NCBI GenBank assembly: GCA_963666055.2
Contig: CAXWPH010000007.1
Location: 256,001 to 320,000 of the forward strand
Direction of reading: 5' to 3'
DNA: 64,000 nt
From: Acidobacteriota bacterium
GTDB taxonomy: Bacteria; Acidobacteriota; UBA890; WLXD01
Position 1 is the first letter of the stretch. The number at the start of each line of letters is the position of its first letter. Under the pieces are notes generated by a model. That model made no database searches, was not told where the DNA came from, and was given only the letters and a program-made list of their open reading frames with translations. Position numbers and translations under genes: made by a program. Shown in pieces: positions 9,532 through 17,837 of the stretch.

Positions 9532-10572
9532 CTACGCGCCGACCACCGTCTTCATCCAGTCTGCGGTGTTGTGGAAGTCGGAGACAACGCTGCCGGGCGG
9601 CACCAGATCGTCGCAAGCCTGGCGCGCCGCGTCGCTGAGGTCCATCTCCAGCACGGGCAGCAGCGGCTCGAGATGCTCCATCGTTCGCGGCCCGATCAGT
9701 GGCGCGGTGATCCCCGGCTGGTCCTTGCACCAGAGAATCGCCAGCTGGGCAGCGCTGAGCCCCTCTGATTCGGCGATCTTGGTGAACTCGATGCCGACCT
9801 CCACACCACGACGCGTTACGCGATCGGCGTAGAAGCCGCCGCGCAGGGCAGCACGAGACTCGGCCGGGTACTCGTCGTGACTCTTGTATCGACCGGCCAA
9901 TACACCCATCGCCATGGGCGCCCAGGTGATCAGGCCGACACCATGGCGTTGGCACATCGGAATGAGCTCGTTCTCGATGCGCCGATCGAGGAGGTTGTAT
10001 GGCGGCTGCTCGGACACGTATCGGGCCCAGCCGCGAGCCTTGCTGACGCCAATCGACTCCATGACCATCCAGGCGGGGTGGGTGGAGCAGCCGATGTAGC
10101 GGATCTTGCCCTGCGTCACCAGGTCGTGAAGGGCTCCCAACGTCTCATCGAAGGGAATGTCGGGAGACGGGCGGTGCATCTGGTACAGGTCGATATAGTC
10201 GGTGTCGAGCCGCTTCAGCGACGCCTCACAGGCGCGAATAATATTAAGCCGCGAGTGACCGTACTCGTTGGGTCCGATCTGATCCGTGTAGTCCTCGAGC
10301 GTTGCGCCCACCTGACGCCTGCCGTGATCGCACTTCGTGCCGATCAAGACCTCGTGCCGACGACCGCTGCGCTTGAGAATGCGGCCCAGAACCCGCTCGC
10401 CCTCACCGTCGGCGTAGACGTCGCCGGTGTCGACCAGATTGATACCCGCGTCCATGGCGGTGAGGAGAATGCGCTCGCATTCCTCCTCCGGGGTCGGGTC
10501 CATGAAGTTGTCGGTGCCAAGCGCCAGAGGCGCGACCTTGGCGCCGGTTCGTCCGAGGCTTCGGTAGTGCAT
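9532..10572 (-). CDS. Aldo/keto reductase
   Basis: MHYRSLGRTG start at 10572, DTGDVY, SLKRLDTDYIDLYQMH, GKIRYIGCS, EQPPYNLL. Confidence 0.93.
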   Translation of the reverse strand: MHYRSLGRTGAKVAPLALGTDNFMDPTPEEECERILLTAMDAGINLVDTGDVYADGEGERVLGRILKRSGRRHEVLIGTKCDHGRRQVGATLEDYTDQIGPNEYGHSRLNIIRACEASLKRLDTDYIDLYQMHRPSPDIPFDETLGALHDLVTQGKIRYIGCSTHPAWMVMESIGVSKARGWARYVSEQPPYNLLDRRIENELIPMCQRHGVGLITWAPMAMGVLAGRYKSHDEYPAESRAALRGGFYADRVTRRGVEVGIEFTKIAESEGLSAAQLAILWCKDQPGITAPLIGPRTMEHLEPLLPVLEMDLSDAARQACDDLVPPGSVVSDFHNTADWMKTVVGA

Positions 10573-12080
10573 CACTTGTGCCACCGCCGTTTGTTCTGCA
10601 GGCCGTCTGCGTGGGGAAAGGAGCCCTCGCGCGTCGCGGCGTGATAGGCGAAGCTCGCCAGGATTACCGATGCTTGCTCGAGATCTTCCGCAACCAGCCG
10701 GTCGTATACGTCCATGTTGGTGTGGAACGACACGTTGAAAAACTCGAGATCGTCTTGAATGAACTGGAAGCCGGGCAGCCCGACCTCTTGAAACGCCATG
10801 TGGTCGGTGCCGCCGGTGTTGCCGGGAACGATCCACTCCATGCCGACATCGTGGAAGGGCCGCATCCAGGCCTCGAAGATCGGCCGCGCCTCGTCGTTGC
10901 CTTGCAGGAAGATACCGCGAAAGCGACCGTACCAGTCGACGTTGAAGTACACGTAGTGGCTGGCGTGCTCCGGTCGCCGCTCCCCGGTGTCGCGGTTGCC
11001 GAGATGCTTGGCGACGTAGCCTCGCGAACCGAGCATCCCCGACTCCTCGGCGCCCCAGAGCGCTGCGCGGATGGTCCGCCGCGGCTTCGCCTCGACCGCC
11101 GCCAGAATGCGCATTGCCTCCATGACGATGGCGCTGCCCGAGGCGTTGTCGGTAGCACCGGTTCCAGCCGGCTGCGAGTCAAAATGCGCCCCGATCATCA
11201 CTACCTCCGACGCCAGGTCGCCGCCCGGTAGCTCCGCGAGCACGTTGTAGTCGAGCGGGTCGTCGTCGTGGAACGCGTTGCGCACCTCGATCTGCATCTC
11301 GGGCTCGATGCCGCGGCCAATCAGCCGCACGACGCGGTTGTAGTGCTCTGCCGCCAATACCAGCGCCGGGAGCCCCGGCTCCTCCCCCAAGGGGAGGGGG
11401 CCGTCACCGGTGACGGCGACCAACCCCTTGTCCATCGGTCCGACGTTGGCCTGGCCGGGAGCCATCAAGGCCACCACACCCTGGTCGCGGAAGAACTGCT
11501 GCATCCACTGCGGTGGCAACGGCTGACGCTCGCTAGCACTGTCTCCGCGCGGCGGCTCGTCCGCGGGGCGCTCGGTGTCGAGGCGCGCCATCTCGCGCAG
11601 CTCCTCGTCCGACAGGCGAACCGCCTGCGGCTGAAAGCTCATCTCCAGCCGGCGCTCCGGCTGCGTGAAGACACTCTGACCGGCAAGCTTGCCGCGATAG
11701 GCTTCCAGGTCCGACGCGTCGAAGATCTGTGTGGTGTCCAGCAGCACCACCCCGGTGGTCACGGTGCCGCTGGTGCTCGCCGTGCCGGGCACCGGATAGG
11801 CGATCACCGGCTGATAGCGCGGCTTGGTCAGATGAACGGAGGTGTATTCGTTCTCCCATCCGTAGCCGTATTCGCCCCACGCTTCGAGGGTGGCCGTCAG
11901 ACCGAAGCTCTCGAAAGTCTGACGCGCCCACTCGGCCGCCGCGTCATACGAGGGAGAGTTCGCGTACCTGGGACCGTAAACATCAGTCATCGCCCCGGCC
12001 CACTCCATCACTTTGGAACGGGTCAATCCCTCGCGGCGAAGCTCGGCAACGACCGCCTCGTGGATGGGCTCGGGGTTCAT
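10572..12080 (-). CDS. M28-family metallopeptidase (carboxypeptidase Q-like), detached from its signal peptide by a repeat insertion
   Basis: GAHFDS, GATDNASG, WGAEESG, GGTDH and HTNMD motifs. No signal peptide at 12080, but an in-frame hydrophobic leader lies at 12363-12419. Confidence 0.9.
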   Translation of the reverse strand: MNPEPIHEAVVAELRREGLTRSKVMEWAGAMTDVYGPRYANSPSYDAAAEWARQTFESFGLTATLEAWGEYGYGWENEYTSVHLTKPRYQPVIAYPVPGTASTSGTVTTGVVLLDTTQIFDASDLEAYRGKLAGQSVFTQPERRLEMSFQPQAVRLSDEELREMARLDTERPADEPPRGDSASERQPLPPQWMQQFFRDQGVVALMAPGQANVGPMDKGLVAVTGDGPLPLGEEPGLPALVLAAEHYNRVVRLIGRGIEPEMQIEVRNAFHDDDPLDYNVLAELPGGDLASEVVMIGAHFDSQPAGTGATDNASGSAIVMEAMRILAAVEAKPRRTIRAALWGAEESGMLGSRGYVAKHLGNRDTGERRPEHASHYVYFNVDWYGRFRGIFLQGNDEARPIFEAWMRPFHDVGMEWIVPGNTGGTDHMAFQEVGLPGFQFIQDDLEFFNVSFHTNMDVYDRLVAEDLEQASVILASFAYHAATREGSFPHADGLQNKRRWHK

Positions 12081-12085
12081 GGGCT

Positions 12086-12362
12086 CTAGCAGGCCGTGGT
12101 GAAAGTGTGGTGGGTCTGGTTACGGCGAGTTGGGGCCAGATGCAAGGCAGCCTGACACAGGCGATGCCCTAGCCATCGTCGAGGAAGGCCAACGCTGCAG
12201 ATGGCCCCAAATCGCCGTAACCCTTCGGGCGACAGGGGGTTGCGCGCGTAGGCTGCGTCGTTCCTCGTCAACGATGGCGTAACCATCGCCTCCTCGTCTC
12301 TCCTTGCCTCCACTTTCGCAAGACCCTGTCGCCAGACCCGCCACACTTTCACCACGGCCTGC
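12086..12362. mobile_element. Complete MITE/REP-like palindromic element with 31-bp terminal inverted repeats
   Basis: 12089-12119 GCAGGCCGTGGTGAAAGTGTGGTGGGTCTGG is the inverse of 12332-12362 (1 mismatch). Internal hairpins at 12120-12220 and 12230-12331 flank CCCTTCGGG. CTAG at the left end. Confidence 0.85.
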
Positions 12363-12453
12363 GACGGGCGATGCGGCGACCAGCGGCACCGTAGCGGCAA
12401 GAGCTGCCAAACGGCACATCTGCGTGGTCCCGGTACGTGCTGGAAAATCGTCG

Positions 12454-12471
12454 ACACAATATCGTATACAC
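12454..12471 (-). promoter_or_regulatory. Candidate GntR operator / -10 region of the peptidase-proline racemase operon
   Basis: Reverse complement GTGTATACGATATTGTGT matches GTGTATGGAATATTGTAT (30013-30030, upstream of gntR) at 14/18 positions. Confidence 0.55.
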
Positions 12472-12526
12472 AAAGCAATAGCATCCGCGGCGCTGCGGCG
12501 GCGGCGGCATCGATGTGCCTGGCAGG

Positions 12527-12556
12527 GCAGGCCGTGGTGAAAGTGTCGCCTGCTAG
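12527..12556. repeat. Short collapsed copy of the CTAG repeat
   Basis: GCAGGCCGTGGTGAAAGTGTCGCCTGCTAG. The terminal CTAG contains the stop codon of the GWxTD gene. Confidence 0.8.
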
Positions 12557-14802
12557 CTTGCTCGCTGCGCCGCCTGCGCCCGTTCGAGCGTCGCTCTGAC
12601 GCCGACTTGGCTGTCGTCCAGCGCCAGCGAGCGCGTCAGGATCTCGATGGCGCGCTGCAGATTCGCCGGCTCGCCCGCCTCGTCTTGTGCGAGGTACTCG
12701 GCGGCCAGCGAGTTGAGCACGTCGACGCTGTCGCTACGTTCCAGTACGGCGCGCTCGTAGAAGCGAATGGCGTCGTAGTGCTTCCCTTGTCGCGCCGTGG
12801 CCTCGGCCAGCAGCAGCAGCAGCTCCAAATCGTGCGGAGCATCCACGAGGCGCTCGATGAGGAGCTCCTCGAGAGCCTCGTGATGGCCACCGTCACGGAG
12901 TAGCTCGATTTGCAGCTGCAACGCATCGTAAAGGTCCGGCTCCCGCAACAGGGCGTCGTCGACCAGAGCGATCGCCTCCCCGGTACTGCCGGCGACCCGC
13001 AGGATTGCGGCACGTCGTACCAGCGACCTCGGGTCGGTAGGCGGAGGCGTCGCTGCAGCGTGCACGATGGGGCGCCGAACCTCGTGGCGCACGAAGAACG
13101 GCAAGCTATCCCAGGCGGCCTGGCCAACGATCGACACCGTCAAGGAGTAGGCGCCCGGATCGACGTCCATCGTGATGCCGGTGAGCTGGTTGACGACCCC
13201 GAAACGGTCCACCCCATCGGGCCGGATCGAGATCTGTTTCACGCTGACCATGCGCCCAGCGTCGTCGTGGACCGTGTAGGACACGTTGACAATCTCGGTG
13301 TGCTCCTCCGGTAGCAGCACCTGATGGAACACGTACAGCTGCCCCCCGACGGGGAACGGACCGTCGATCGTGGGGGTCATCGCCAGCTGACCGACCTGGA
13401 ATGGCAGCTGAGCTCCGAACGGATCGTAGGCGGCACCGAGCGGCCGCACATCGGCACACAAGATCGGCTGCCCGAGGGTAACCGACGCAGGATGGGGGAT
13501 GGGGACCAGGGCTGCCGTGCCGATCTCGCCGTACTCGTGGCTGACGTTGTTTTCGAGCACCAGCTCCAGCTGTAAGGATCCATGGATGGCGGGAATCCGG
13601 TCGACGTACATCAGCGACCCGGCGCGGGCGCGCTCGAGCGCACCCTCGGGCAGGCTGCTCTGGATGAGGCGAGGCGGCGGTCCCTCGAGCACGCGTCGGG
13701 CTTCGTCGAGCAAGTACGTCCCCACCGAGAAGGTCATGTAGTGATTGCCCTCGTGCTCACCGAGGTTGAGCCCTGGTCCGGGCGCCCGCGCCACGTAGCT
13801 GACGAACGGCCGACCGTCGGGATCGAGCCAACCGATGGCTCGCGCGTCGATATCGAGAGTTTCGAACCGCACCTCGGTTTCGGTGGCGCCGGTCAGGATC
13901 GGGTACGTCCACTCGATCGTCGGCACCATGAGATCGGGAATCTCGAGAATGTCCCCGATCAGGCTCTCCGACCGGAGGGGCGACCCCAGCCGCGCCTCGC
14001 CCGGAATCAGGCTGAACGCCGCCTCGGCAAGGTCGGGGTTGACCAGCCGCAACAAGTTGTAGGTCCCCGGACCACCGCTGATAAGGCCTCCCATTCCGAA
14101 GCCCTGCTGGCCGAGGCCACCTTGCTGCCGTACCGAGTTGCGACCGGTCGGGTTGAGAAGTCGCTCGGGACCATCGCCGGCGGGACTGTAGAGCTCGAAC
14201 TCGCCCATGCCCTGCTCGCGAAAGAAGACGACGTAGAAAAATGTCGGGACTCCGAGGCGCGGATCCATCTGGTAGAACCAGACCTCCACCGGGTACAGGT
14301 TGGCGTCGTTGTGGTGCCGTGAGCGGGTTTGAGGCTCGCCGAGCAACACGTAGATGCGGCCCATGTCGGTGCGCCAGCCAGGCCCCGGAGAGACGCGGCC
14401 GAACTGACGAGTGGCGTACGCCAGCCGCTCGTAGTGAATCGGAACATACTCGTTGCGCGGCGTCCCCGGGGTCGGGTCGCGACGCTCCCAAAACGCATCG
14501 ATGAACCGATCACGCTTGTCGTCGGAGTCGAGACGCAGGAAAACGTCGCGCTCGGGCTCGGTGATGATCCAGACGACCTCCTCTTCGAGCCAGACACGGA
14601 AACGCTCTGGCAGGTCGCGCGATCGGAGCTTTGGATAGGCACTCAGATCGACCTGATGTGCAGGCAACGCACCGGCGGCCCGGACCGTTGCGCCGACCAT
14701 CGTGCCGAAGCTGCTCAGCCCGATGACGACAGCGACTACCAGGCCGATCCGACCGGCGCGCCGCCCGGCTCCGGCTACCGGGCGCGGAGGACTCGGATGC
14801 AT
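12553..14802 (-). CDS. GWxTD domain protein with C-terminal TPR repeats
   Basis: WLEEEVVWIITEPERDVFL, FWERRDPTPGTPRNE, GWRTDMGRIYVLLGEP, N-terminal signal and TPR tail. Confidence 0.9.
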   Translation of the reverse strand: MHPSPPRPVAGAGRRAGRIGLVVAVVIGLSSFGTMVGATVRAAGALPAHQVDLSAYPKLRSRDLPERFRVWLEEEVVWIITEPERDVFLRLDSDDKRDRFIDAFWERRDPTPGTPRNEYVPIHYERLAYATRQFGRVSPGPGWRTDMGRIYVLLGEPQTRSRHHNDANLYPVEVWFYQMDPRLGVPTFFYVVFFREQGMGEFELYSPAGDGPERLLNPTGRNSVRQQGGLGQQGFGMGGLISGGPGTYNLLRLVNPDLAEAAFSLIPGEARLGSPLRSESLIGDILEIPDLMVPTIEWTYPILTGATETEVRFETLDIDARAIGWLDPDGRPFVSYVARAPGPGLNLGEHEGNHYMTFSVGTYLLDEARRVLEGPPPRLIQSSLPEGALERARAGSLMYVDRIPAIHGSLQLELVLENNVSHEYGEIGTAALVPIPHPASVTLGQPILCADVRPLGAAYDPFGAQLPFQVGQLAMTPTIDGPFPVGGQLYVFHQVLLPEEHTEIVNVSYTVHDDAGRMVSVKQISIRPDGVDRFGVVNQLTGITMDVDPGAYSLTVSIVGQAAWDSLPFFVRHEVRRPIVHAAATPPPTDPRSLVRRAAILRVAGSTGEAIALVDDALLREPDLYDALQLQIELLRDGGHHEALEELLIERLVDAPHDLELLLLLAEATARQGKHYDAIRFYERAVLERSDSVDVLNSLAAEYLAQDEAGEPANLQRAIEILTRSLALDDSQVGVRATLERAQAAQRAS

Positions 14803-14805
14803 GCC

Positions 14806-15864
14806 CTACTGCGACTCTCGCAGCGCGGCGAGGATGTCGTTCACGATGGCCGCCTCTTCGCCGTCCGCGGGTACCATCTCGATGTAGCGCTCGAACGCCG
14901 CAATCGCCTGTTCCATCTGACCGCTGTTCACATGCGCGAAGCCGAGCTGCTTGTAGGCGACGCTGTACTGTGGATCGACCTCGACGGCCCGCGAGTAGAA
15001 GGAAATGGCCTCGCCGGCACGGCTCTGCTGGAAGTAGATCTCGCCGATGTTGTAGTAGAGTGAGGCGTTCTCGGGGTCTTGGACGATGACTCGTTCGAAA
15101 TAGTCGAGCGCCGTATCCAGGTCTCCGACGTTGGAGCTCAGGCTCGCCAGCATGAACAATGCGGTCTGGTGTTCGGACGACAACGCCAGCACCCGCTGGT
15201 AGGCGGCTTGGGCCGGCGCGATGCTGTCTACTCGAACATAGGCTTCGGCGAGGCGAAGCCAGACCGCGAAGTTGTCGGGGTTGTCAACTACGAAAGCCTG
15301 CCAGCTCTCCACGGCACCGGCGAAATCGTCGGATTCAAACGCGGCGACGCCGTCCCAGTAGTTGTCCGCATTGATCGCCTCGTCCCCCACACCGCCGCCA
15401 GCGTCGGTGGCACCACTCTCGGTCATCTGCTGCAACGTCACGTCGAGGTCGGCGTTGCAGGCGCCACCCGTCGCCCCGAAGCTATCCTCGCAAGTGGTCA
15501 CCGCCGCCGCACCCGCACGACACCTTCGAGCCAGCGGCTTGACGCATTGGCTCACCTGCACCGTGACATAGCCCTCGAGCTCGAATGCAAAATTCCACGG
15601 AGCGGTGCGGTCGCCAAAGCCGATCATCGCCCACCGACCACGATCGTCGGTCACGGCGGTGAACCTGCCCGGGGCGAAATTCTCGTTCACCGAGGTCACG
15701 GTGACACCCTCGAGCGGCTCTCCGGCCGCATCGGAAACGACACCGCGCAGCCGCGTATTGCGTTGCGCCTCGACGAAAGCCACCAACAACATCACCAGTG
15801 CCAACATCAGCACCGGGACGAATATCGGCGCCTTCGGCCACGCCAGTCTCAGCTGCCACTGCAT
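14806..15864 (-). CDS. Secreted carboxypeptidase-regulatory-like domain + TPR protein
   Basis: LRGVVSDAAGEPLEGVTV...TDDRGRW, followed by about 4 TPR repeats (YYNIGEIYFQQ, AYKQLGFAHVNSG). Confidence 0.85.
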   Translation of the reverse strand: MQWQLRLAWPKAPIFVPVLMLALVMLLVAFVEAQRNTRLRGVVSDAAGEPLEGVTVTSVNENFAPGRFTAVTDDRGRWAMIGFGDRTAPWNFAFELEGYVTVQVSQCVKPLARRCRAGAAAVTTCEDSFGATGGACNADLDVTLQQMTESGATDAGGGVGDEAINADNYWDGVAAFESDDFAGAVESWQAFVVDNPDNFAVWLRLAEAYVRVDSIAPAQAAYQRVLALSSEHQTALFMLASLSSNVGDLDTALDYFERVIVQDPENASLYYNIGEIYFQQSRAGEAISFYSRAVEVDPQYSVAYKQLGFAHVNSGQMEQAIAAFERYIEMVPADGEEAAIVNDILAALRESQ

Positions 15865-15982
15865 TCTCGAGCCTCCTGGCTCAGGGGCCGTCGGGGCTTG
15901 GCGAACGTCGTTCGGATCGGCCGCGAGGCCGGTAGTATGTTGGTGAGTCTATTGTATCCAGTTACCCGCCTACGGCCTGCGC

Positions 15983-17722
15983 ATGCTACGCCTCTCCATC
16001 TTGCTGACGGTGGCGCTCGCCCAGCCGGGACTCGCCCGGCCTCATGCAGAGCCCATGACCACCGTCCCGGCACAGCAAGTGCTACTAGCGGACGCGACGG
16101 CGAACTCGGGGCTGGCCTTCGAACACCGTCACGGCGGCACCGGCGAGCGCTACATGGTCGAGACCATGGGCTCCGGCTTGGCGCTGATCGACATCGACAT
16201 GGACGGGCGGGTCGACGCCTACCTCGTGCAGCAGGGGGCGACGCCTGGCTTCGTCACCGACGGGCCGCTGATCGATCGGCTGTTTCGCAACGCCGGGAGC
16301 TCGTTCCGCGACGCCACGGCGGCCTCACAGTTGATCGAGGAGGGCTACGGCGTGGGGGCCGCCGCCGCCGACTACGACAACGATGGCTTCCCCGACCTCT
16401 ACGTCACCAACTTCGGCCTCAACAGCCTGTGGCGAAACAATGGCGACGGCACCTTCAGCCGTGCCGACGACGCCGGCACGCGCGATGACCTCTGGGGCTC
16501 GTCGGCCGCATGGGGCGACTTCGATGGCGACGGAGATCTCGATCTGTACGTTGCCAACTACGTCGACTTCGACTGGGACAACAACAAGTTCTGTGGCGAC
16601 GCTGGCCGACAGATCTCGGCGTACTGTCACCCGGACGTCTACAACGCCCTCCCCGACCGGCTGTACGAGAACCGCGCCGACGGAACGTTCGTCGAGATCG
16701 GCGCCGCCGCCGGCATCGACGACCGGATCGATGGCAAGGGGCTCGGGGTGGTCTGGGGCGACTACGACAACGACGGCGACCCCGACATCTACGTGGCCAA
16801 CGACTCGACGCGCAACTTCCTGTACACCAACCAGGGCGACGGCACCTTCGTCGACGACTCCTTCCTTGCCGGCGTCGGCTACAGCGAGGACGGGCGCACC
16901 CAGGCCGGCATGGGGACCGAATTCGGCGACTTCGACGGCGATGGCGATCTCGACCTGATCGTCACCAACCTGACGCTCGAAACCAACACGCTGTACCGCA
17001 ACCTCGGCGACGCGGCGTTCGTCGACCACAGCTACGCCAGCGGGATCGGCGAGCCCAGCCTGCTGCTCGTCGGCTTTGGCACCAACTGGTTCGATGTCGA
17101 CGCCGACGGCGACCTCGACCTGTTCGTCGCCAACGGGCATATCATCGACAACATCGCCGAGTTCCGCGAGGGCGTCGCCGGCTCGGCGCTCGCCGAGCGC
17201 ACCTACCCGCAGCCCAACCACCTGTATATCAACGACGGCAGCGGGCGATTCGCGGAGGTGCATGCCGAAGCCGGAAGCGGCATGGGGCTGGTGAAAGTCT
17301 CTCGCGGCAGCGTCGTCGGCGACATCGACAACGATGGGGATCTCGATGTCGTGGTCTCCAACAGCAATCAGGCGGCCGACTATCTGCGCAACGACACGGT
17401 CAACGGCAACTGGATCCAGCTGCGACTGATAGGCCGCCAGGCCAACCGCAACGCGGTGGGGGCGCGCGTCGAGGTAAGGTCCGCAAGTACGCTTGCCAAC
17501 GGCGCCGGATACCCCATACGAGAGGTTGTGGCCGGTTCGTCGTACGCATCTACCAACGATCTGACAATGCACATCGGACTCGGTGCCGCGTCCTCGGCCG
17601 ACCTGACGATCCGCTGGCCCGGTGGCGACCGCGAGGTACTGCACGACCTCGCCGCCAACCGGCGCTTCGTGGTCCAGCAAGGGCGTGGGGTGGTTGCGTC
17701 GCGCCCGGCGGTGGCTCGCTAG
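15983..17722 (+). CDS. CRTAC1-family protein (FG-GAP repeats + ASPIC/UnbV domain)
   Basis: Repeated DxDxDGxxDL motifs, ETMGSG, QAGMG, SRG...GDIDNDGDLD, and a C-terminal NRNAVGARV...HIGLG...IRWP segment. Confidence 0.92.
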   Translation: MLRLSILLTVALAQPGLARPHAEPMTTVPAQQVLLADATANSGLAFEHRHGGTGERYMVETMGSGLALIDIDMDGRVDAYLVQQGATPGFVTDGPLIDRLFRNAGSSFRDATAASQLIEEGYGVGAAAADYDNDGFPDLYVTNFGLNSLWRNNGDGTFSRADDAGTRDDLWGSSAAWGDFDGDGDLDLYVANYVDFDWDNNKFCGDAGRQISAYCHPDVYNALPDRLYENRADGTFVEIGAAAGIDDRIDGKGLGVVWGDYDNDGDPDIYVANDSTRNFLYTNQGDGTFVDDSFLAGVGYSEDGRTQAGMGTEFGDFDGDGDLDLIVTNLTLETNTLYRNLGDAAFVDHSYASGIGEPSLLLVGFGTNWFDVDADGDLDLFVANGHIIDNIAEFREGVAGSALAERTYPQPNHLYINDGSGRFAEVHAEAGSGMGLVKVSRGSVVGDIDNDGDLDVVVSNSNQAADYLRNDTVNGNWIQLRLIGRQANRNAVGARVEVRSASTLANGAGYPIREVVAGSSYASTNDLTMHIGLGAASSADLTIRWPGGDREVLHDLAANRRFVVQQGRGVVASRPAVAR

Positions 17723-17837
17723 CGCCAGCCGGAACGCGGCAGCCTTGGGGTAACTCCCTTCTTCGTGTTTCGAAGATTCCATACACTTGCTCGCAGCGCC
17801 CGCCCAGTCGTGTCTTCCGCCGCAGGAGCAACCTCTG

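Noticed and set aside
12086-12484. Small ORFs 12086-12484 and 12120-12473 as standalone genes
   Set aside because: They are explained by read-through of the repeat element and the orphaned signal peptide.
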